52,444 nucleotides of DNA, from positions 1 to 52,444 of the IMG/VR virus record IMGVR_UViG_3300036860_000446; one strand, 5' to 3'. The position numbers and the translations under genes are program-made. Below, piece after piece: positions 17,513 through 25,485 of this stretch. How positions within the stretch are numbered: the first letter of the stretch is position 1; each line of letters starts with the position of its first letter. Origin of the DNA: a virus. Lineage: Duplodnaviria; Caudoviricetes. The notes beneath the pieces were generated by a model. It worked only from the letters and a program-made list of their open reading frames with translations, was not told the DNA's origin and made no database searches.

Positions 17513-17789
17513 GATCCTCGCGGATGAGCAAGTCGAAGAGGAGTTCGGCCTTCATCAGCCTCTCAACGAGGCCGACGCCAAGGCGTACGTGTTCATGCTC
17601 ATCAATGACGCGATCAGGGCATTGGTTGAGCTGTTGGACACGCCGGGATGGCCGGAGAAGTTGAAGCACGCCGAAGAAGCGCAGACGGCAGTCGAGGGTG
17701 TCGTCGAGGAATGTGAGGGGATGCAGCCGGAGGGGCCGAGCGATGAAACTGGCGATAACGGTCGTGATGGGGATCGGGTTGCTGGTTGA
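17472..17789 (+). CDS. Hypothetical protein
   Basis: 105 aa with basic N-terminus and acidic helical body. Confidence 0.55.
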   Translation: MGRHRKKRRHQKVEILADEQVEEEFGLHQPLNEADAKAYVFMLINDAIRALVELLDTPGWPEKLKHAEEAQTAVEGVVEECEGMQPEGPSDETGDNGRDGDRVAG

Positions 17790-17826
17790 ATATACGATCC
17801 TGTGGTTTATCCGATCCAGAAAGTAG
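17743..17826 (+). CDS. 27-aa TM micropeptide
   Basis: MKLAITVVMGIGLLVEYTILWFIRSRK; GGAGGGG RBS. Confidence 0.45.
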   Translation: MKLAITVVMGIGLLVEYTILWFIRSRK

Positions 17827-17839
17827 CCACCGGAGAACG

Positions 17840-17963
17840 GTAGCCACCACTGAGAGAGCGGCTTACACCTCATGCCGGACCTCCGCTTAGGCGAACTGTT
17901 CCGGAAGAGGGTGCTGTCTTGGTGGACGGTAGGCGGCGGTTCGAGTCCGTCGCTGGTGGCTAC
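17840..17963 (+). ncRNA. tRNA-like structured RNA (non-canonical)
   Basis: Closing stem GTAGCCACCA/TGGTGGCTAC; T-arm GCGGCGG-TTCGAGT-CCGTCGC; D-like, extended anticodon-position and variable-like arms; no CCA. Confidence 0.55.
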
Positions 17964-17994
17964 TTTTTGGGTCGGAACCTCAAGGAGGATCCAG

Positions 17995-18222
17995 ATGGGG
18001 CTTTATAGGGTCAAGTTCAAGCTCGGTGATGTAGAGGTGAGCTCTCCCATGGTGGTTGAGGGCTCGAGCAAGGTCATTGTCGTGAGGTGGTGCGAGGCGG
18101 TTGTCAGGGATCTGGACGAGGTTCCGGATTCGTATGAAGTCGAGGCGTTCTCGCCGTTCAATGTCGACCAGGAGGTCAAGGTAGGGTCGCTGTACGGGGA
18201 TCTGGGAGGCGAGGGTGGGTGA
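17995..18222 (+). CDS. Hypothetical protein
   Basis: 75 aa from MGLYRVKF; AAGGAGG RBS. Confidence 0.6.
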   Translation: MGLYRVKFKLGDVEVSSPMVVEGSSKVIVVRWCEAVVRDLDEVPDSYEVEAFSPFNVDQEVKVGSLYGDLGGEGG

Positions 18223-18454
18223 GCGCTGCTATAATCCGAATAGGGTCAAGGTTGGGGATCGATTGCACGGCTCCCTCGGAGATGTGACCAGTGACATAGT
18301 TAAAGAAATTATAGTCTCGGAGCCCTCTCACAGGAAAAAAAACGGAGCCCTCTGCGTAAGACTGTTTCGGTTCGTCAGCGGACTCGCTATTGCTGAATGC
18401 GACATGTCAGAGAGGAGGGTGGTTTGGCTCGAGGTCACAGATGACGGGGAGTGA
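18215..18454 (+). CDS. Small beta-rich protein
   Basis: 79 aa; VKVGDRL KOW/SH3-like start. Confidence 0.55.
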   Translation: MGERCYNPNRVKVGDRLHGSLGDVTSDIVKEIIVSEPSHRKKNGALCVRLFRFVSGLAIAECDMSERRVVWLEVTDDGE

Positions 18455-18641
18455 GTTGAGGCAGAAAAGGTATCGGGCCGGGCTCACGGCAAGGAAGCTG
18501 TGGAGTATAGCGTTAGGGAAGTTTGGCCCCGGGAGGGCGCCAGGCCCATTTGAGATCCTCGAATTCGAGGATGGGAAGTTGGAGTTAGGGGAAAGGGAGC
18601 TCAGGAGCTTGATTAAAATCATCTCGGAAAGATCGACATGA
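18441..18641 (+). CDS. XRE-like HTH protein
   Basis: MTGSELRQKRYRAGLTARKL...ILEFEDGK. Confidence 0.55.
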   Translation: MTGSELRQKRYRAGLTARKLWSIALGKFGPGRAPGPFEILEFEDGKLELGERELRSLIKIISERST

Positions 18642-18913
18642 TTGTTTGTAAGAGGTGGGATCTGGTCAAAAGGGGGGCGGTTCTCTCGTACAAGGGAAAC
18701 GATAATAAGACTCGAGTTATTTTAGTGCTGCGCCTCTCTTACAGCAGGAATTATCTTTGCATGGCGGTCCTGCCTCTCCGGGTTCTCGGGGAAACGAGGT
18801 GGATTGCAGAGAGCACGCTGAAAGCATGCGGAGCGGGAGTAGTCAGGAGTTGGCACGCAGGACTCATTCGAGTGCTGTGGTGGAGAAGACTCAAATGGGA
18901 ATGGGAGGACTAG
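18638..18913 (+). CDS. Hypothetical protein
   Basis: 91 aa, ATGA-coupled. Confidence 0.5.
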   Translation: MIVCKRWDLVKRGAVLSYKGNDNKTRVILVLRLSYSRNYLCMAVLPLRVLGETRWIAESTLKACGAGVVRSWHAGLIRVLWWRRLKWEWED

Positions 18914-19436
18914 TACAGGCAGCATCCCAATGATGGCCGTTTGGAGGGCGGATCTTCTCGCCGCAGCAGCCATCGAAGATCCTACAAACGAGGTACCATT
19001 CCTCGAGGGTCGGGTCGGGGAGGTCGGCTGGGAAAGTGGCCTCGTCGCGGTGCAGGGGGTGGCGCTGTTCGCTGAGGTGGTCCAGCAAAGAGCGGAAGTC
19101 GCCGCCGTTGTCGCCGCAGCGGTGTTCCCTCTCTTTGAAAGAGAGGGGCCAGCAGCGCGGAAGCATGACGAGGTGGTGCTGCTGCCAGCTGGGCTCCTTC
19201 AACAGGAGCCACTCCAGGAACCAGCGACCGCCGTTCTGATAGCTCGGGGTCGGGTCGGGTTTGCCGGGGCGGAGGATGAAGTCGATGAAAACGCTGCGCT
19301 CGACCTTATCTGGGAGACGCGCACACAGGGCCTGCTCGATGATTTTTGAAGATGGGGTGTTGGTCTTGGTGGCCTCCTCTTCCAGACGCTTGATGATTCC
19401 TGAGGGAAGATAGATGCTCATCCGTTCCTTGCTCAT
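18891..19436 (-). CDS. Ribbon-helix-helix protein with a C-terminal domain
   Basis: MSKERMSIYLPSGIIKRLEEEA...SSKIIEQAL is a CopG/Arc pattern. Confidence 0.7.
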   Translation of the reverse strand: MSKERMSIYLPSGIIKRLEEEATKTNTPSSKIIEQALCARLPDKVERSVFIDFILRPGKPDPTPSYQNGGRWFLEWLLLKEPSWQQHHLVMLPRCWPLSFKEREHRCGDNGGDFRSLLDHLSEQRHPLHRDEATFPADLPDPTLEEWYLVCRIFDGCCGEKIRPPNGHHWDAACTSPPIPI

Positions 19437-19606
19437 CAGAATTTTCCCTCGTCGTAGGGGAGCAGGGGCTTGGCATCGAAGATTGCTTGGGCGAGAAGGC
19501 GGCGCACGGTTTCGGCAACGGTGAGGTCGCTCGCCTCCGCAAGCGTCTTGATGCGGGTGTAGAAGTTAGGCTCGAGATCGACTTGGACCTTGGCCCTGAA
19601 TTTCAT
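19436..19606 (-). CDS. Ribbon-helix-helix protein (56 aa)
   Basis: MKFRAKVQVDLEPNFYTRIKTLAEASDLTVAETVRRLLAQAI; AAGGAGG RBS. Confidence 0.7.
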   Translation of the reverse strand: MKFRAKVQVDLEPNFYTRIKTLAEASDLTVAETVRRLLAQAIFDAKPLLPYDEGKF

Positions 19607-19749
19607 TAGCGACCCTCCTTTGCGAGGTGCTCGGCAACTAAGCGACGGATGAGCTGGGCGACGCTGGTCTTTTGGAGGTCGGCTTCGGCTTTCAGGCGGA
19701 AAGCGAGGTCGGGGTCGAAGGCAACGTTGATTTGAACTCGTGGGGTCAT
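19606..19749 (-). CDS. Ribbon-helix-helix protein (47 aa; not in the ORF track)
   Basis: MTPRVQINVAFDPDLAFRLKAEADLQKTSVAQLIRRLVAEHLAKEGR; AAAGGAG RBS. Confidence 0.75.
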   Translation of the reverse strand: MTPRVQINVAFDPDLAFRLKAEADLQKTSVAQLIRRLVAEHLAKEGR

Positions 19750-19769
19750 GGTGGCTCCTTTCAACGGTA

Positions 19770-19798
19770 ATGATAGGGGATCGTAAGCAAGAAGTCAA
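19770..19798 (-). promoter_or_regulatory. Sigma70 promoter of the RHH operon
   Basis: TTGACT-N17-TATCAT. Confidence 0.7.
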
Positions 19799-19859
19799 GA
19801 ACTATTTTCGAGTGGCAGATTTCGAGTGACGGAGGATTTTGTCCCTATCGCTTACCCGC

Positions 19860-20113
19860 TAAACAACACCATTGACACAGACAGACTTCTTTCTGTATTC
19901 ATGGTGTTGTTTAAAAGAGAGGGGGATGATGTAGAGAGAAGGAGAACGACGCAAGTCATTGATAACGTTAGATGAGGCTCTCGATAAATTGTCGCGTTTT
20001 CGAGCAACATTTTGTACACTAAGTTGTAGGTAGTCTCTAGAGTAGACAGGTCGTAGGAAGTCTCGATGGTTTCTAGGGCTTATAATTTTTAATTTGTCGC
20101 GTTTTCGAGCAAC
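19860..20113. repeat. AT-rich control/origin-like tract with inverted and direct repeats
   Basis: TAAACAACACCAT (19860-19872) and ATGGTGTTGTTTA (19901-19913); TTGTCGCGTTTTCGAGCAAC at 19989-20008 and 20094-20113. Confidence 0.75.
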
Positions 20114-20162
20114 TTTAAATCGGGTAAAAGATGGCCGCTTGATGGGTATCGTAGAGTGTAAC

Positions 20163-20400
20163 AGGAGGCTCCGTGAAGATCGAATGTAAAACGCCGCCGA
20201 CGAAGATAGGGGAGGAGATCGTGTACTACTCTATCTTCGGGCACGTCGTCAAGGGCGTGGTGGTGGGGCTCATCGAAGGGGGGTCGAATCCGGTCTTTCG
20301 TGTCCTGTTTTCGGAAGACTCTCGGGGGCAGAATGGGGTCGCTCCAGGAACCTCAGAGACGTGGCAGTGGAACAAGAGAATGAGGAGGCTCCGTGAAGAT
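20163..20400 (+). repeat. 18-bp direct repeat spanning RBS and start codon
   Basis: AGGAGGCTCCGTGAAGAT at 20163-20180 and 20383-20400. Confidence 0.85.
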
Positions 20401-20412
20401 GGTGGAGTGTAA
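20173..20412 (+). CDS. Small beta-rich protein, CRTxP family
   Basis: MKIECKTPPTKIGEEIVYY. Confidence 0.65.
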   Translation: MKIECKTPPTKIGEEIVYYSIFGHVVKGVVVGLIEGGSNPVFRVLFSEDSRGQNGVAPGTSETWQWNKRMRRLREDGGV

Positions 20413-20692
20413 GAAGTTGCCGCCAGTCGGGGCTCTCATCGTCGCGAGGCCCCGGAACAGGAAAACGGGGATGCTCGCGAGGGTCGTGGACATATTAAAG
20501 TTAAAGCCCAGGATGGAGATACAGGTCGTTTTAAGTAAGGTGCCAGCCATGTACGAGAGACGGGGGTGGGTTGTGGGTAAGCTGGTTGCGTTCACGTGGG
20601 GAGGAGAGTGGGGCTGGAGCCTGCGCTGGCTGAGACCTGATCCGGATGAGCCGGGTGCTATCAGGGATAGCAGAAGGCGGAGGGCCAGGTGA
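20393..20692 (+). CDS. Small beta-rich protein, CRTxP family
   Basis: MKMVECKKLPPVGALIVAR. Confidence 0.65.
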   Translation: MKMVECKKLPPVGALIVARPRNRKTGMLARVVDILKLKPRMEIQVVLSKVPAMYERRGWVVGKLVAFTWGGEWGWSLRWLRPDPDEPGAIRDSRRRRAR

Positions 20693-20943
20693 GGGAGAAG
20701 GTGCTGTGTCGAACGCCACCGACGGTGGGGGAAGAGATAGAGGTCGCCAGGGGCGGCGTCATTTTTCTCCGGGGGATCGTCGGCTCTGTTGCATCGGACG
20801 GCAGAGAGACCAAGGTCTGGTATACTATCACCTGGAGCAGTTCGGAGGCCTGGCAAAGGGGACAGAAGCTTTGGGGGTACTGGAAGTCGCCCAATGAGTC
20901 AAACATAAAGTACAGGGTCAGATACATCGAGGAGGAAACGTGA
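20689..20943 (+). CDS. Small beta-rich protein, CRTxP family
   Basis: MREKVLCRTPPTVGEEIEVA. Confidence 0.65.
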   Translation: MREKVLCRTPPTVGEEIEVARGGVIFLRGIVGSVASDGRETKVWYTITWSSSEAWQRGQKLWGYWKSPNESNIKYRVRYIEEET

Positions 20944-21011
20944 AGTTCACGGAAATTTGTACGTGCCGGTTTTGTCTGCAAGACACATCGAAAAGAAAGG
21001 AGGTGATACAG

Positions 21012-21431
21012 ATGCTCAGAGTCGGCGACGTTGTTGTCGTCAAGGCTGTTGGGATTCCCAACCGATTCCGGACGATCAAGCCCGGAAGTCTGTTCAAGGT
21101 CACGGGAGTCCGCAACGGGTCCGGAACCAAGATCGTTGTCGGGGACCAGGCGAACCCGCGTGGGATCAACACGCGGGCGGAGTTTTTTTACCTGCTCACG
21201 GCGCGGGATCGTGATTCCATCAAATCCACGGGTAATACGGATTTGGCGGTTCGCGTGAAGGCGATCGAGGATTTCGGACCTGCCTCGGCGCCTGACCCGG
21301 ATATGGTTCGGGTCAACGTCAATGGTGCGTTCGCTTCTCTCGCACCCGATAAGGCGAGCGCGCTCAGCAAGAAGAACTCCAATCGGCTCTTCCAGCGCAA
21401 GCTGGCGAGGGCGCTTTCCGGGCGGCGGTAA
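21012..21431 (+). CDS. Hypothetical protein with KOW/SH3-like start
   Basis: MLRVGDVVVVKA; AAAGGAGGTGA RBS. Confidence 0.65.
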   Translation: MLRVGDVVVVKAVGIPNRFRTIKPGSLFKVTGVRNGSGTKIVVGDQANPRGINTRAEFFYLLTARDRDSIKSTGNTDLAVRVKAIEDFGPASAPDPDMVRVNVNGAFASLAPDKASALSKKNSNRLFQRKLARALSGRR

Positions 21432-21531
21432 GCTCGGGTTGGGGTTTTAGCTCTTGAAGTGGAGGCCGGGGGTTGCGGTGGAGGACCCCCGGCTTAGTGC
21501 TCTCATTCTAACTGGTGAAGGAGGAACGAAT

Positions 21532-22641
21532 GTGAGTTGCTGTCCGGTTTGCGATCTTCGCGGGCACGAAGTCGTGAAGGGGGTGGACAGACTGAGGGGG
21601 TTCGAGATCGAGCTTAGCAGCAGCGCGATCGAGGCGCTCTCGGAAGTGGAACGGTGCAAGAAACACCTGAGCCGGTGCGATGGAAGGTGTCAGGTGGAGG
21701 CCAGCAATGAGCCCTGCGATTGCAAGGTGTGTCTCAAGGAACAGGTGGCGCTGGCGCTGAAGGAAAAGCCGGAATGCCCGGGGCATCCGTGCTGGGATCC
21801 GGGGAAGGAGAAGTCGGGGATCTTCCTGGCCGGGGTCATGATGAAGAGCGGGCTCGATATGGAAGGGTCTTTCATCGACTGGAGAAGGACGCCGAGGGAT
21901 AACAGGTATTGGGATCTGAAAACGGATTCGAGCTGCGGCTTCGAAATCGCGACGCCGCCCTGGACGGGGAAGATGGTAGGGGAGGAGCTTGGAAAGGGGC
22001 TGGCGCCGCTGGTCACGTTGGAGGCGGCACATCCGGGGTGGAGGTTACAGGACGACAGGTGTGGGCTGCATTGCACCATCGATGTCAGCGATCAGGGGCT
22101 GAGGGGGGTGAAGCAGATTCTCTTGATGGCGGCCCGCCACCAGAGCGCCCTGTTGGGGACGCAGCCGAAGTACAGGTGGAACAATCACAACTGTCGGAAG
22201 TTCGGAGAGGCGTGGCTCGGGACCGTTAACACGCCGGGGTTCAAGCGACGTGTTACCTACATTCAGTCAGCGGGGCAGCTCAGGGAAATAGTCCCGGAGA
22301 AGTACTTCCTGGTCAATACGAAGAAGTTTCAGGACGGGGAGGGACTGCTCGAGTTCAGGTTCGGCGGGGCCGTTATCGCTGCTGAGAAAATCGAGGCGTA
22401 CGGGGTGCTGATCGAGTGTCTGGTGCAGGCGGCGATCGAACATCCGGTGACCGTTGAAACCAGCGACAGGAAGAAGCGGCTGTACAAGGAGGTCATCGAG
22501 CCGTTTATCAAGGACCAGAGGGTGCAGAAGGCGTGGGAGGGGGCATTGTGGCCGGCCCTTGCGGACGTAAGTTTGCCGTCGGATCCGAAGGCGCCGCCGA
22601 AACTGGCCATAAAGACGCGGCTGAGGGAGCTGGGACTATGA
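21532..22641 (+). CDS. Putative amidoligase (COOH-NH2 ligase fold) with a Cys-rich insert
   Basis: GFEIEL, WDLKTDSSCGFEIATPP, DRCGLHCTID, KYFLVN, LLEFR. Start moved to the GTG after AAGGAGGA. Confidence 0.8.
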   Translation: MSCCPVCDLRGHEVVKGVDRLRGFEIELSSSAIEALSEVERCKKHLSRCDGRCQVEASNEPCDCKVCLKEQVALALKEKPECPGHPCWDPGKEKSGIFLAGVMMKSGLDMEGSFIDWRRTPRDNRYWDLKTDSSCGFEIATPPWTGKMVGEELGKGLAPLVTLEAAHPGWRLQDDRCGLHCTIDVSDQGLRGVKQILLMAARHQSALLGTQPKYRWNNHNCRKFGEAWLGTVNTPGFKRRVTYIQSAGQLREIVPEKYFLVNTKKFQDGEGLLEFRFGGAVIAAEKIEAYGVLIECLVQAAIEHPVTVETSDRKKRLYKEVIEPFIKDQRVQKAWEGALWPALADVSLPSDPKAPPKLAIKTRLRELGL

Positions 22642-22644
22642 GGA

Positions 22645-22661
22645 CCCAGGTACGTCCCAAC
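22645..22661 (+). repeat. Conserved motif, copy 4
   Basis: CCCAGGTACGTCCCAAC between the amidoligase and GATase genes. Confidence 0.85.
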
Positions 22662-22790
22662 CAGTTTGCTGCTAACGCGGGTCGTGCTGAGGCGAGGGTT
22701 GAAGAGGACCCGGTAATTTGGGTCCCCTCCGACTAGCCTGGGTTGTGAGAGGACTCTAACACAAACTGATCGATAGGTCAAGGGGGTCAA

Positions 22791-23558
22791 ATGTGCAGGT
22801 TGGCATACATACCGCCGGGGGTTGACCCGGAGCAGAAGGAAGTTATCAACCTACTGGAGTTCCTCGCCACCATGCAGGGGAAAGATGGAGTCGGGGTTGG
22901 TGGCTGGACCCCGAAGAACGAGGGAAGGCTGGCCAAGGGGGTCGACATGCAACCGGCGGAGGCCATCGACAAGTTGAAGGATGCCGATGCGCTTCGGAAG
23001 GGGGTCATGTTCCATTGTCGGGCGGCGACCTCGGGCGGTAAGTTGGATGGGCTGTGTCAGCCATTCATCTTCCAGAACCAGATGACGGTTCACAACGGCC
23101 ACTGGACAGACTGGAAGGATGTCCTGTGGCCGCTGATCATCAGCAAGGCGATCCGGCCGGGGGACGGTCCGATCAATGACAGCGCAGCGGCGGCAGCGGT
23201 CGCGGGGGCAACAGAAGGGTGGGGGCTCAGTTGGATGGACAACGGGGTCTTTATCACCTGGAACCACAAGCAGAGGTGGCCCATGCTCATCCTCAACAGG
23301 GGAGACTTCTGCTATAGCGCGCTCCCGGCGAAGATGGGCGGGGGGGTCATCTACGCGAGCCAGTTCCCCTATACGTGGCCGGTCAAGGTCATGGAATTCC
23401 ACAACGACTCGAAGGCGATCCTGACGCCGGCGGGGCCGTTCATGCTGCTTGGGAACGAGCCGTTCCAGAAGCGGGCCTACTACTCGTACGGAGGGGAATA
23501 CTCGGGTGGACGGTGGAAGGGGCACGGGTACCCTCTCGGGGAGGGGTGCGGCGTATGA
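22791..23558 (+). CDS. Class II (Ntn) glutamine amidotransferase
   Basis: N-terminal MC, GKDGVG, FHCRAATSG, CQPF, VHNG, NDS. Confidence 0.85.
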   Translation: MCRLAYIPPGVDPEQKEVINLLEFLATMQGKDGVGVGGWTPKNEGRLAKGVDMQPAEAIDKLKDADALRKGVMFHCRAATSGGKLDGLCQPFIFQNQMTVHNGHWTDWKDVLWPLIISKAIRPGDGPINDSAAAAAVAGATEGWGLSWMDNGVFITWNHKQRWPMLILNRGDFCYSALPAKMGGGVIYASQFPYTWPVKVMEFHNDSKAILTPAGPFMLLGNEPFQKRAYYSYGGEYSGGRWKGHGYPLGEGCGV

Positions 23559-24034
23559 AACACAGCATCATGATTTCACTGGCGAGTGGGCAATTACGCC
23601 CCAGGAGGGTGTATAATGGGGAATATGTTGCCAGCAGGTGTGGGAGGTTCCTCAGAAGGATCGGGGGAGGGAAGGGAACGGGGGCGGTGGCGGCGCCTAA
23701 CGGGATCGTTTTATGTTCGGATCCGAAGTTGCACGAGTTGGGGGGCAGAGAGGGCCTGCAAATCCTGTTGGTCAGGGACTTCGCGCCGGGAACGCTCAGG
23801 TTGCTGCTGGATCCGAAGAGGTATCCGAGATCCATTTTGGAGGCGGTCTCGTGGATGCTGAAAGAAGGGCCTGGGCTGCGGGGGTCTGGGATGCGAGGCT
23901 TAAGGTCCGAGCCACAAACACAGGTGTCCGTGCGTGGATTGGGGGATTTAGCATTCGAGCCGATGGAGACTTCGGCTCCACTACCACGGATGGCTCGTAT
24001 ATTCAGGCAGCCTGGGAACGAGCCATCGGAATAA
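23555..24034 (+). CDS. Hypothetical protein
   Basis: ATGA-coupled to the GATase; 159 aa from MKHSIM. Confidence 0.5.
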   Translation: MKHSIMISLASGQLRPRRVYNGEYVASRCGRFLRRIGGGKGTGAVAAPNGIVLCSDPKLHELGGREGLQILLVRDFAPGTLRLLLDPKRYPRSILEAVSWMLKEGPGLRGSGMRGLRSEPQTQVSVRGLGDLAFEPMETSAPLPRMARIFRQPGNEPSE

Positions 24035-24198
24035 AGTATAGTCACAGAAACCTGATCCACATCATACCGCTCATCGAGGAATATTCGAGGCGGTCTGAAA
24101 CTAAAGCGCTTCTTGTTTACTTGAGGGCGCGGTGGAGGAGAAGTGGGGAGACACAGGCGGTTCGCGGGCTTCTTAGGGAGATCAAACGACATGGCTGA
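23851..24198 (+). CDS. Possible degenerate LAGLIDADG-like protein
   Basis: GGAGG RBS + GTG: MDAERRAWAAGVWDAR...IIPLIEEYSRR...LLREIKRHG; coupled to the next gene. Confidence 0.4.
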   Translation: MDAERRAWAAGVWDARLKVRATNTGVRAWIGGFSIRADGDFGSTTTDGSYIQAAWERAIGIKYSHRNLIHIIPLIEEYSRRSETKALLVYLRARWRRSGETQAVRGLLREIKRHG

Positions 24199-24565
24199 GA
24201 AAGCAAACTGTTGGTGCTGTGCTGTGACCATAGAGGTTGACGACAAGTGCGCCAAACCGTTCATCTGTGAGGCGTGCATGAAAGGGGAGCACAGGGCGAT
24301 CGAGAGTCCGGCGGACATGTTCATGGTGTCGACGGATTGCAAGGCGGACCCGTGCAAGGCGTACCGGTCGCTGAGGGTCAGTAGGCAGTCAGCCCAGAAG
24401 CTCTTCAACAACCGGGATCTCATCAAGTGCAAGGCGTGTGGGAAAGCGAAGACGGAACTCAAGATCGTCAAGTCGTGGATCGTTGATGATGACAAGGCGG
24501 AGGAAATCCTACCGACGAAGGAGTGGCGGGGCAAGACGCCGGAGGAGGCGGCAGCAGCATCATGA
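24191..24565 (+). CDS. Zinc-binding hypothetical protein
   Basis: CWCC, CEAC and CKAC motifs; GGGAG RBS. Confidence 0.6.
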   Translation: MAEKANCWCCAVTIEVDDKCAKPFICEACMKGEHRAIESPADMFMVSTDCKADPCKAYRSLRVSRQSAQKLFNNRDLIKCKACGKAKTELKIVKSWIVDDDKAEEILPTKEWRGKTPEEAAAAS

Positions 24566-25470
24566 TACAGAACCAGTCCAGGCTCTCTGAGCTGGAGAAG
24601 TGCCCGAGGCGATACGCCTGGAGGTGGCTCTATAACCTCGCGACCAAGAAAAGCTCGCTGACGGCGGATCGAGGGACCTGGCTTCATGCCGGACTTGCGG
24701 GGTGGTATAAGTCATTTGATGCAGGGGTCGCGCTCCGGGCCTACGATGAGGCGTTCAAGCTCAGCGATCAGGATAAAAACAGCGGGGAGGTGACCGAAAC
24801 TTACACCACTTGGAGGATCAGGTTGGAAGAATACTGCCGGAGGAACCGGAACCCGATATTCAGGGTTCTCATGGCTCCGGAGCAGGAGCTTGTCCTGCCG
24901 GTTGGCAGGCATAAGTTGTTCACGAGGATCGATCTCATAGTCCAGATGAAGGATACGAACGAAATCTGGGCCATGGATCACAAATCGGCGGAACGAACGG
25001 GACCGAGTTGGTACTCAAAGTATTACGTGGACAAGCAGGGCTCCAGCTACATCTTGGCTGTTGCCAATGAGTTAGGGGTCCAGCCGGCTGGGTGGATTAT
25101 CAACGTCGTGAAGTCCACCAAGGCGGACTGGTTTGAAAGACAGGCGTTCACGAGGCAGAAAGACCAGCTGGAAAGTTTCGTCAGGCAGACAGAAAAACAG
25201 CTTGACAGGCTGGAGAAAGCTGTGGTAGAATTCCCTGGTGAAGAGGACCCAGGGGTCGCTGCCTACCTAGACGAGCACTTTCCTCAGTACACGCATGAAT
25301 GTCACACGTGGGGGACGTGCCCGTTTTTATCGATTTGCCAGGCTGGGATCAAGGCAGCGAGGTCAAGCTTCAAGGTGAGGGAACGGGACTACGTTGATGA
25401 TCAGCGGGATTCTGCTGGTCTTGGTGGCTCCAACAGTAGTAGTTCACTTTCTACGCCCGAAGAGGCGTAA
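24562..25470 (+). CDS. Cas4/RecB-like PD-(D/E)XK exonuclease
   Basis: CPRRY, RGTWLH, RIDLIV...AMDHKS, C-terminal C...CPFLSIC (Fe-S ligand pattern). Confidence 0.85.
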   Translation: MIQNQSRLSELEKCPRRYAWRWLYNLATKKSSLTADRGTWLHAGLAGWYKSFDAGVALRAYDEAFKLSDQDKNSGEVTETYTTWRIRLEEYCRRNRNPIFRVLMAPEQELVLPVGRHKLFTRIDLIVQMKDTNEIWAMDHKSAERTGPSWYSKYYVDKQGSSYILAVANELGVQPAGWIINVVKSTKADWFERQAFTRQKDQLESFVRQTEKQLDRLEKAVVEFPGEEDPGVAAYLDEHFPQYTHECHTWGTCPFLSICQAGIKAARSSFKVRERDYVDDQRDSAGLGGSNSSSSLSTPEEA

Positions 25471-25485
25471 ACCTGGGGGTTCAGA

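Noticed and set aside
17840-17963. Canonical tRNA gene
   Set aside because: Too long, no 7-nt anticodon loop, 7-bp T-stem and no CCA; kept only as tRNA-like
19436-19798. Single 120-aa ORF from the track
   Set aside because: Its TTG start is the -35 box; the region is better explained as two RHH genes with their own RBSs
24562-25470. Cas4-like gene as evidence of CRISPR-Cas
   Set aside because: No array or other cas genes; the Sak4/SSB context marks it as a phage recombination exonuclease
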